A stretch of 64,000 bases of DNA from Bacteroidales bacterium (GTDB taxonomy: Bacteria; Bacteroidota; Bacteroidia; Bacteroidales; JAGONC01), in assembly GCA_028716265.1 (NCBI GenBank), contig JAQUQD010000003.1, positions 6,191 to 70,190 of the forward strand, in the 5' to 3' direction. Shown here one piece after another: positions 38,721 through 46,503 of this stretch. A model generated the notes under the pieces. It did not search any database. It was not told the DNA's origin and saw only the letters and a program-made list of their open reading frames with translations. The translations under genes were made by a program, and so were the position numbers. Positions within the stretch are counted from its first letter, which is position 1, and the number at the start of each line of letters is the position of its first letter.

Positions 38721-40385
38721 ATGAGAAGATTTACCCTTTTATTTCCCCTGTTTATTACCATCGTTATGGTCAACGCCCAGCAGGTGGATCGCGACAAGGT
38801 GGTAGTGGAGATCGTCACCGGAACCTGGTGCCAGTTTTGCCCGGGTGCGGCCATGGGTGCCGAAGACCTGGTGGCCAACGGTAAAGAAGTAGCTATCGTG
38901 GAGTATCATGGAGGTGATGAGTACGAGAATTCCTCTGGTTTATCAAGGATCAGCTATTACAGTGTCACAGGCTATCCGACCGCAGTATTTGACGGTCTGC
39001 TGAAAGTTGTCGGTGGAGACCATACACAAAGCATGTACTCCCAGTACCTTCCCAAATACAATCAGCGGATCGCCGTCCCCTCTTCCTTCACTATTGATGT
39101 GCAGGGTGAAAACACCTGCCTGGTGAACTACAACCTGACGATCACTGTGAACAGGCTGGAGGCGGTGACCGGAACCCTCAGGTTGCATGTAGCCGTGACC
39201 GAGTCGGATATCCAGGAAAGCTGGCAGGGAATGTCGGAGCTGCAATGGGTCGAACGAATGATGGTGCCCAGTCAGAGCGGGACCTTGCTGGATTTCAGCA
39301 GCGGCGATACCCAGGTGATCAATCTCTCGTTTACCGTGGATGATTCCTGGGTGAGGGAAAATTCCGAAGTGACTGTATTCATCCAGAATGCGACCACTAA
39401 AGAGATCCTTCAGGGAATGAAAAAGAGCATGACGGATTTTCCCAATACCACTCTGGTGGATGCTTCCCTGCTCGAAGTTTACAACATTTCAGCTGCCAAT
39501 TGCTCCGGAGCGGTATCTCCCATCGTTACCCTGAGGAACAACGGGCTGAACAACCTGACCAACCTGGAGATCCGTTACAAGGTGAACGACAACGAGGAAG
39601 GCGTTCTGAACTGGACGGGTGATCTGGCCATGGGTGAGAAGGAAAATGTACCGCTGCCCCTGATCAATTTCCCGCTGAACGACCAGAATACTCTTATGAC
39701 GTATTGTACTAACCCGAATAATGTTCCCGACGAATGTCCAGACAACGATGATGCGAACACCGAATTTTCAGGAGAGGCCCTTATCGCGGCCAGCACCGTC
39801 TACCTGACCTACAGGCTGGATAATTTCCCGGACCAGACTACTTGGGAACTGAGGGATCAGACCGGAGCTGTTCTTTATGCTGATGGCCCTTTCCCGGGAC
39901 AGGCAGGCCTCTATGCTAAGGACACCTTCCAGCTGGCAGGGAACCAATGCTATGATTTCATCATTTATGACAGCCAGGGCAACGGGATCTGCTGTGAAAC
40001 CGGTGTCGGATTCTATTTATTGAAGGACTCGGATGGCCTGGTCCTGGTACAGGGCGGTGATTTTAGTTACAGTGATGTCATCAGTTTTGAGGTGGCGGGA
40101 GGAGTCGGGTTACCTGAAAACAAGGCCAACGGATCGGTTGCCCTCTACCCCAATCCAGCGAGTGATAGGACAACTATTGAAGTCATGCTGATGGAATCAG
40201 CCCCGGTGACTTTAAAAATCTATACTCTCACAGGTAAAATGGTCAAACTGATCGAAAAAGGGATGCTAAGTCCCGGAGAACATCAAATGTGGATCAATCT
40301 GTCGGGAGTTGATCCGGGAGCATATTTCATTCAGATCAATGCGGGAGAAGCAAACTGGACCAAGCAATTGTTTGTCCTGAATTAA
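38721..40385 (+). CDS. T9SS-sorted thioredoxin-like CxxC protein (Cys paralog of 36900-38564)
   Basis: MRRFTLLFPLFITIVMVNAQ signal peptide from ATG 38721, then VVVEIVTGTWCQFCPGAAMG. It aligns with the upstream gene along its whole length. C-terminal CTD LYPNPASDRTTIEV...ANWTKQLFVLN. Confidence 0.75.
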   Translation: MRRFTLLFPLFITIVMVNAQQVDRDKVVVEIVTGTWCQFCPGAAMGAEDLVANGKEVAIVEYHGGDEYENSSGLSRISYYSVTGYPTAVFDGLLKVVGGDHTQSMYSQYLPKYNQRIAVPSSFTIDVQGENTCLVNYNLTITVNRLEAVTGTLRLHVAVTESDIQESWQGMSELQWVERMMVPSQSGTLLDFSSGDTQVINLSFTVDDSWVRENSEVTVFIQNATTKEILQGMKKSMTDFPNTTLVDASLLEVYNISAANCSGAVSPIVTLRNNGLNNLTNLEIRYKVNDNEEGVLNWTGDLAMGEKENVPLPLINFPLNDQNTLMTYCTNPNNVPDECPDNDDANTEFSGEALIAASTVYLTYRLDNFPDQTTWELRDQTGAVLYADGPFPGQAGLYAKDTFQLAGNQCYDFIIYDSQGNGICCETGVGFYLLKDSDGLVLVQGGDFSYSDVISFEVAGGVGLPENKANGSVALYPNPASDRTTIEVMLMESAPVTLKIYTLTGKMVKLIEKGMLSPGEHQMWINLSGVDPGAYFIQINAGEANWTKQLFVLN

Positions 40386-42385
40386 AAAGGAAGATTACCC
40401 AGCAAGGCATCATCCACTTTGTACGGTAGGGTTACATTTAACAGCGGTTCCGAGGTCATGGCCCTTTGAATGGCGGTCATGGCACCCTGGTTCCTGGCCC
40501 AGCTGCGGCGTGCGATGCCGTTATTCACATCCCAGTGGAGCATCCTGCGAAGACGGACCTCCGCTTCATCGCTCCCATCCAGCAGTATTCCGAAACCGCC
40601 GTTGATCACCTCTCCCCAGCCGACGCCGCCGCCATTATGCAGCGACACCCATGTGGCCCCGCGGAACGCATCCCCGATCACGTTCTGTACCGCCATATCG
40701 GCGGTGAACCTTGAACCGTCGTAGATATTGGCTGTCTCCCTGAAGGGGGAATCCGTTCCCGAAACATCATGATGATCGCGGCCAAGGACGATCGGAGCAC
40801 TGACATTTCCCGTGCGGATGGCCTGGTTGAACGCCGAGGCAATCTCCATCCTTCCCATGGCATCGGCATAAAGGATCCTTGCCTGAGAGCCTACCACCAG
40901 CCTGTTGCGTCCCGCCTCCCTGATCCAATGGATATTATCTTCCATTTGTTCCCTTATATCTTCAGAAGCCCTGCCGGCGAGATGCTCCATGACTTCAAGG
41001 GCAATGGTGTCGGTCAGCTCCAGGTCCTTTGGATCGCAGGAAGTGCATACCCAGCGGAAAGGACCAAAACCATAGTCGAAGAAAAGCGGCCCCATGATGT
41101 TCTCCACATAGGAGGGATAGCGGTAAGCTCCATTCTCCCTGAAGATATCCGCACCTGCCCTTCCGGCTTCCAAAAGGAATGCGTTGCCGTAATCCCAGAA
41201 ATACATACCCATGGCCGAGACTTTGTTGATAGCCTCCACCTGCCTGCGGAGCGACTCGGAAACATACGACTTGAACGACACTGGATCCCTTACCATCAGT
41301 TCATTGGATTCTTCAAATGAAAGTCCGGCCGGGTAATAGCCACCGGCATAGGGATTATGAAGGGATGTCTGATCAGAACCAAGGTCGATGGCAATTTTCT
41401 CTTTGGCGAGTTTTTCCCAAAGATCGACCACATTGCCCTGGTATCCAAGGGAAACAGCCTCCTGCGAACACTGGGCGTTGATCATGCGTTCGATCAGCCG
41501 GCCGGGGTGGGAGTACACCTCATCCAGCCATCCCTGCTGATGGCGTTTCTGTGTCGCCTTGGGATTGATCTCTGCGATAACGCCCACACACCCTGCAATC
41601 ACGGCCGCTTTTGCTTGTGCGCCCGACATGCCGCCCAAACCCGAAGTAACATAGATCTTTCCTTTTATATCCCCTCGCTTCAGCATCCGGGCTGCATTCA
41701 TCAGGGTGATCGTAGTCCCGTGAACAATACCCTGCGGCCCGATGTACATGTACGATCCGGCCGTCATCTGGCCGTACTGGGTCACGCCCAGTGCATTGTA
41801 CCGTTCATAATCATCACGCGAAGAATAATTGGGGATCATCATGCCATTGGTCACGACCACCCGGGGAGCTTCGCGGTGCGAAGGGAAAAGGCCCAGCGGG
41901 TGCCCTGAATACATCGCCAGCGTCTGTTCATCCATCATTGTGGCCAGGTACTTCATGGTCAGCAGGTATTGCGCCCAGTTCTGGAACACGGCACCGTTGC
42001 CGCCATAGGTGATCAGTTCGTGCGGATGCTGGGCCACCGCCTCGTCGAGGTTGTTCTGGATCATCAGCATGATGGAGGCTGCCTGGCGGGAACGATGCGG
42101 GTACTCGTCGAGCGGGCGCGCGTGCATATGATAATCCGGACGGAACCGATACATATAGATGCGGCCGAAGGTTAGCAGCTCCTCTGCAAATTCAGGGGCA
42201 AGCTCAGCATGGTGCTTCGGTTCGAAATACCTGAGCGCATTCCGGACTGCCAGCTTCTTCTCCCCGGGGGTGAGGATGTCCTTTCGTACAGGCGCATGAT
42301 TGATGGTGGGATCCCAGGGTTTGCTTTCCGGCAGCTGGTCCGGAATACCCTGAAGAATGGCTTTTTGAAAATCCGTGATGGTCAT
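40382..42385 (-). CDS. hutU: urocanate hydratase
   Basis: 667 aa. VTSGLGGMSGAQAKAA, long NAD-binding core, and HNGGGVGWGEVINGGFG near the C-terminus. Confidence 0.93.
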   Translation of the reverse strand: MTITDFQKAILQGIPDQLPESKPWDPTINHAPVRKDILTPGEKKLAVRNALRYFEPKHHAELAPEFAEELLTFGRIYMYRFRPDYHMHARPLDEYPHRSRQAASIMLMIQNNLDEAVAQHPHELITYGGNGAVFQNWAQYLLTMKYLATMMDEQTLAMYSGHPLGLFPSHREAPRVVVTNGMMIPNYSSRDDYERYNALGVTQYGQMTAGSYMYIGPQGIVHGTTITLMNAARMLKRGDIKGKIYVTSGLGGMSGAQAKAAVIAGCVGVIAEINPKATQKRHQQGWLDEVYSHPGRLIERMINAQCSQEAVSLGYQGNVVDLWEKLAKEKIAIDLGSDQTSLHNPYAGGYYPAGLSFEESNELMVRDPVSFKSYVSESLRRQVEAINKVSAMGMYFWDYGNAFLLEAGRAGADIFRENGAYRYPSYVENIMGPLFFDYGFGPFRWVCTSCDPKDLELTDTIALEVMEHLAGRASEDIREQMEDNIHWIREAGRNRLVVGSQARILYADAMGRMEIASAFNQAIRTGNVSAPIVLGRDHHDVSGTDSPFRETANIYDGSRFTADMAVQNVIGDAFRGATWVSLHNGGGVGWGEVINGGFGILLDGSDEAEVRLRRMLHWDVNNGIARRSWARNQGAMTAIQRAMTSEPLLNVTLPYKVDDALLGNLPF

Positions 42386-42479
42386 GGTGTTCCTCTTTCT
42401 GTGTCAGGACAAAATTAAGATATTTGGCGATTTCTTGTTGTTGTGGTTTACCTTTGTTTGAAAGAAGCCTGTCTTTTAC

Positions 42480-42518
42480 CACAGAGGCGCACAGAGGGAA
42501 GCACAGAGGCGAAGGAGG
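42480..42518 (+). repeat. CACAGAGG tract (3 copies, 10-12 nt period)
   Basis: CACAGAGGcgCACAGAGGgaagCACAGAGGcgaaggagg, preceded by tttacc. Confidence 0.8.
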
Positions 42519-42545
42519 ATTAAAAAGGATTAAAACTATATTACC

Positions 42546-43658
42546 ATGACAGAATCAAAGACCACAATTCTTCTGTTCACACTTTTACTAGTCGCAGCAT
42601 CCAGTTTCAATAATCCGGCCAGCTCTCAGGAACCGAAAATCAGACAACCGGTCGACACGGTCGGTTTTGCACATCTGGACTGGCAGATGGACAGCATCAT
42701 GGCTCGTATCATTCACCTGGGTTATGATGAAAAGGATGGTATCGACGAGGGTGTTTGCTTGCTGAGTAGCCGCCTGATACGGTCTGTGATCTGCCCACAT
42801 GATGATTATTCTTATGTCGGAAAGATGTATCCTGCCGTGTTGAGCTGCATCAAGACCAAAACCATTGTTCTGTTTGGTGTGGCTCATAAAGCAAAACAGT
42901 TCGGGCTGGAGAATGTGCTGATTTTTGATAGTTATGACTCCTGGCAGGGGCCCTATGGACCCATGAAGGTATCGCATGCACGTGAAGAAATCATGCAGGA
43001 ACTGCCCCCTGATCTTTATCAGGTAAACGATTCCATTCAGGCTGTCGAGCATTCCCTGGAAGCCCTCATCCCCTTTTTACAGTATTTCAACAAAGAAGTT
43101 GAAATCATACCTATCCTGGTACCGTACATGTCATTTGAGCGTATGGATAGGATTTCGCAAGCTTTGGCTAAAGCGATTGATAAAGTGAACACACAGAGAG
43201 AGTGGCAATGGGGCGGTAATATGGGTATCGTGATCAGCTCGGATGCAGTGCACTACGGGGATGAAGACTGGGGAGGCAGCAACTATGCTTTTTATGGGAC
43301 CGACTCATCAGGTTACCGGAAGGCGGTAGCCCACGAATGGGAGATCATCCGGTCCATCTCCGGTGAATTAAAACCGGAAAGCGTCAGGATGTTCATGAGT
43401 TATACATTGCAGGATAACGATTTCAAAGCCTATAAATGGACCTGGTGCGGGAGGTACTCGATTCCCGTGGGATTGCTGACCATCTATTACCTTAATCTTG
43501 CACAAGAGCCGGAGTATGGATCTTTAGTGGGTGTTCCGGTCGGATATCAGACAAGCATTGATCATGAATCCCTGAAAGTGGATGATCTGAGGATGGGGGT
43601 GACGGCACCGGCAAACATGAGGCACTGGGTCGGATATGCGGGGATTGTATATAAATAA
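42546..43658 (+). CDS. MEMO1-family (AmmeMemoRadiSam system protein B-like) protein with N-terminal signal peptide
   Basis: 370 aa. ILLFTLLLVAASSFNNPASSQ leader, then ICPHDDYSY, LFGVAHK, AVEHSLEALIPFLQ, and SSDAVHYGD are Memo-like metal-site motifs. Confidence 0.7.
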   Translation: MTESKTTILLFTLLLVAASSFNNPASSQEPKIRQPVDTVGFAHLDWQMDSIMARIIHLGYDEKDGIDEGVCLLSSRLIRSVICPHDDYSYVGKMYPAVLSCIKTKTIVLFGVAHKAKQFGLENVLIFDSYDSWQGPYGPMKVSHAREEIMQELPPDLYQVNDSIQAVEHSLEALIPFLQYFNKEVEIIPILVPYMSFERMDRISQALAKAIDKVNTQREWQWGGNMGIVISSDAVHYGDEDWGGSNYAFYGTDSSGYRKAVAHEWEIIRSISGELKPESVRMFMSYTLQDNDFKAYKWTWCGRYSIPVGLLTIYYLNLAQEPEYGSLVGVPVGYQTSIDHESLKVDDLRMGVTAPANMRHWVGYAGIVYK

Positions 43659-43665
43659 AATTCAT

Positions 43666-43710
43666 TTAACCACGAAGAACACAGAGGAGTACACGGAGAA
43701 CACGGAGGTT
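43666..43710 (+). repeat. degenerate CACRGAGR tract (4 copies, 9-12 nt spacing) headed by TTAACCAC
   Basis: ttaacCACGAAGAaCACAGAGGagtaCACGGAGAaCACGGAGGtt. It lies directly 3-prime (minus-strand sense) of the GxxExxY remnant. Confidence 0.8.
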
Positions 43711-43717
43711 TATAAAA

Positions 43718-43965
43718 TCACCCTTCTAATCCCCTCCTTAAATGTTTCACATTAAAATTGATTAACAATCCAACACGGACACCAGAAAGTTTCATATAAG
43801 TCAGTATCTGTGAAAGGTGTACATCATTGGGCACTTCAATGGCTTTTGTCTCTCTATTATCAGTCCACCCTATAATAGTTCGTAAGCCAGGCATTCTTCG
43901 TAAGAAGATCCTAATAAACCCGGATGCAAGTCTGCATCTGTAAACTACAATCCCTGCTAGTTAGT
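43718..43965 (-). pseudogene. decayed GxxExxY-family (PD-(D/E)XK-like) gene
   Basis: The minus strand gives ..DLHPGLLGSSYEECLAYELL* (stop at 43870-43872). After a deletion and frameshift it gives TKAIEVPNDVHLSQILTYMKLSGVRVGLLINFNVKHLRRGLEG* (43849-43718). These match the GPGLLESVYEECLAYEL and ..HEAQLLTYLKLSG.KLGLLINFN blocks of the family. There is an additional in-frame TAG upstream. Confidence 0.6.
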
Positions 43966-44137
43966 CCGGAAATTGATATTTTTGTTACCCTCAAAAAGCT
44001 AAATTTCTTTCAAATGATCGATGCACGGCACTTCACTGCCAGCATCCGCATCGATCCCTACCAGGAAAAAACTTGACCGACTATTTTGATTTATCCTTTT
44101 CACCGTATACTTTTACCGATCCATTTTACCAAGAATT

Positions 44138-45457
44138 ATGAAAAAAATACTGGTTGCGTGCGTGCTGATCCTGCTTCCCGCATGGTTATTTGCGGGGAAT
44201 CCTGTACAGATCCCGGCATTATTCAACATTCGTTTGGAATTTATCCTGTTTGGCCTGACGCTGATCGGGGTAGCGCTGTTTCATAAACATACACTCATGG
44301 TTGCCCTGATCGGACTGGCAGCTATCCTGGCCTTCAAATTCATTTTTGATCCGGGATTCAATCTACTTGAGCATCTGTTCGGACACAACTCTTTTAAGGA
44401 TCAGATCCTTCATTCGGATATGCGCCAGGGAGAATGGACTATCCTTTTGAATTTACTGGGATTATTGCTAGGATTTGCATTGCTTTCGCGACACTTTGAA
44501 GAATCAGAAGTGCCCGATTGGCTGCCAAAACTGTTACCGGACAACTGGAAGGGGCCGCTGATCCTCCTTTGCATGGTATTCGTCCTGTCCTCTTTCCTGG
44601 ACAATATCGCCGCTGCCATGATTGGGGGCACCATTGCCATAGTGGTCTTTAAAGGCAGAGTGCATATCGGTTATCTTGCCGGCATCGTTGCAGCGAGTAA
44701 TGCCGGGGGGTCGGGCAGCGTCATCGGGGACACGACCACTACCATGATGTGGATTTCCGGCGTACCGGCCATCAACGTTTTGCATGGCTACATTGCAGCG
44801 ATCACAGCATTTGCATGCTTTGCGGTCATTGCATCACTCCAGCAGCACAAAACGCAACGCATCCAGGAAGATCCGACCCGGGGATATAAAATCCGGTGGA
44901 ACAAGCTGATACTGGTACTTTGTATCCTGATCGGCACCATCCTTACCAATATTTTATTTGATTTTCCTGCCTTGGGGGTCTGGATCGCCATCCTTGTGGG
45001 AGCAATCTTTGTCAGAACCGACTGGCACGAATTACGGAATGCTTTACCCGGTTCCATTTTTCTTTTATCGTTGGTGACCTGCGCATCGATGATGCCGGTT
45101 GACCAGCTGCCGCATGCCTCATGGCAATCGGCCTTTACGCTGGGATTTGTCTCTTCCGTGTTTGATAATATCCCTCTTACTAAACTTGCCCTCGAACAGG
45201 GAGGCTATGACTGGGGAATGTTGGCGTACGCGGTTGGATTCGGAGGATCCATGATCTGGTTCGGATCATCGGCAGGTGTTGCCATTTCCAATAAGTTCCA
45301 TGAGGCAAAATCGGTGGCCAAATGGCTGGCCAACGGATGGCACGTCGCGATCGCTTATGTCGTCGGATTTATGGTGCTTCTGGCGGTGTACGGATGGCAT
45401 CCGGAAGAGATCGTCAAGAAGGAAAGTGTGCCTGCGACGGAACAGGTGGTTAGGTAA
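44138..45457 (+). CDS. ArsB/NhaD-superfamily (citrate-transporter-like) permease
   Basis: 439 aa polytopic membrane protein. SSFLDNIAAAMIGG, ASNAGGSGSVIGDTTTTMMW, and FDNIPLTKLA resemble NhaD/CitMHS-type ion transporters. Confidence 0.6.
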   Translation: MKKILVACVLILLPAWLFAGNPVQIPALFNIRLEFILFGLTLIGVALFHKHTLMVALIGLAAILAFKFIFDPGFNLLEHLFGHNSFKDQILHSDMRQGEWTILLNLLGLLLGFALLSRHFEESEVPDWLPKLLPDNWKGPLILLCMVFVLSSFLDNIAAAMIGGTIAIVVFKGRVHIGYLAGIVAASNAGGSGSVIGDTTTTMMWISGVPAINVLHGYIAAITAFACFAVIASLQQHKTQRIQEDPTRGYKIRWNKLILVLCILIGTILTNILFDFPALGVWIAILVGAIFVRTDWHELRNALPGSIFLLSLVTCASMMPVDQLPHASWQSAFTLGFVSSVFDNIPLTKLALEQGGYDWGMLAYAVGFGGSMIWFGSSAGVAISNKFHEAKSVAKWLANGWHVAIAYVVGFMVLLAVYGWHPEEIVKKESVPATEQVVR

Positions 45458-45476
45458 AGGCACAAAGGGAAATGCT

Positions 45477-46211
45477 TTATTTAAGGTTGCGGATCCGCAC
45501 TTCACAGGAAGGCACATCCTTTAATAGGTTCAGCAATTGCGTGACATCCGAATCCCCATAATGGTAAGGATATAGTACGGTAGGATGAAACATGCGGACC
45601 GCATGGCTGACCATCTCCGGTGACATCGTATAGGGCAGATTCATGGGCAGAAAGGCGCAATAGATGTCTTTCAGACCGGCCATTTCGGGTATGTCCTCGG
45701 TATCACCGCCCACATAGATCTTTTTATCGCCAAAACGGATCACATACCCATTGCCGATACCCCTGGGATGAAAGGGCTCCCCGTTGCTTCGCTTATGAAC
45801 TATGTTATAGGCCGGAACGGCCTGAATGGTAATCCCCTGGACCGTCCTCGTATCTCCGTTTTTCATGACCATGCCCTTGGGTAGCTTTTCCAGGCATGAT
45901 TCGGAACAGACAGCAATCGTGCCTGGTTTTGTAATCTTATCAATAGCGGCCAGATCAAGGTGATCCCCGTGATGATGCGTGATCAGGATCAGGTCGGCAT
46001 CGGGAAGGAATCCGTAATCAGCGTATTGCTCCACTGGATCGACATGGATGACGATATCGTTCCAGGAAAACATCAGCGTGCCATGCCCGATGAAGGTCAT
46101 GGTCAATGTGCTGGAAGCTGTACGGATCGTGTCCGTTTGGAATGTTTTCTGGCTCATGACGAAGGCAATGTTTAGGAAAAAAGCGATAAGAAATAGACTT
46201 AATGATTTCAT
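45477..46211 (-). CDS. secreted MBL-fold metallo-hydrolase
   Basis: 244 aa. Signal peptide MKSLSLFLIAFFLNIAFVMSQ, and the HxHxDH motif in LITHHHGDHLD. Confidence 0.75.
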   Translation of the reverse strand: MKSLSLFLIAFFLNIAFVMSQKTFQTDTIRTASSTLTMTFIGHGTLMFSWNDIVIHVDPVEQYADYGFLPDADLILITHHHGDHLDLAAIDKITKPGTIAVCSESCLEKLPKGMVMKNGDTRTVQGITIQAVPAYNIVHKRSNGEPFHPRGIGNGYVIRFGDKKIYVGGDTEDIPEMAGLKDIYCAFLPMNLPYTMSPEMVSHAVRMFHPTVLYPYHYGDSDVTQLLNLLKDVPSCEVRIRNLK

Positions 46212-46239
46212 AATCAGTTTATTAATAATATTTAATTTT

Positions 46240-46274
46240 GATTTTTGATCTTTGCTTCTTGATTTTTGATCTTA
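46240..46274 (+). repeat. heptamer tract (GATYTTT-like)x5
   Basis: gattttt gatcttt gcttctt gattttt gatctta. Confidence 0.8.
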
Positions 46275-46406
46275 CGGTAGTGTCCTGCAGCCACAACGAT
46301 CATGGAGATATCCCTAATAAAAAGCCAGTCGGGAGGCACTCCGCACCAGCAGTTCAGCACCAACAGCCAACAGGATCAATCCGGCGAAAAAAGACAAATA
46401 GGTCAT
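46275..46406 (-). pseudogene. 5-prime remnant of a CaCA-family (Na+/Ca2+ exchanger, YrbG-like) gene
   Basis: ATG 46406 gives MTYLSFFAGLILLAVGAELLVRSASRLAFY* (30 codons), like the G..LL..GA..LV.GAS.LA start of CaCA antiporters. After the stop a shifted frame reads RDISMIVVAAGH and then runs into the heptamer tract (KIKNQEAKIKNQN*). Confidence 0.4.
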
Positions 46407-46503
46407 CGTTTCCCTTATAGAAAGCATAAAATTACGATTAAATTGGCAGAATTCTCTTATGGATGATTTATGTACCTTTATGCCATTATAAACCGAGACT
46501 CTC

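Noticed and set aside
42204-42482. 92-aa minus-strand ORF overlapping the hutU 5-prime end and running through the CACAGAGG tract
   Set aside because: It overlaps the hutU coding start in another frame, begins just beyond the repeat tract and has no family signal. Likely spurious.
42480-43710. CRISPR-like appearance of the repeated CACAGAGG units
   Set aside because: The units are 8 nt with 1-4 nt between them, so the period is 9-12 nt. There are no spacers of CRISPR size and no cas genes in the window. It is a microsatellite-like tract, not a CRISPR array.
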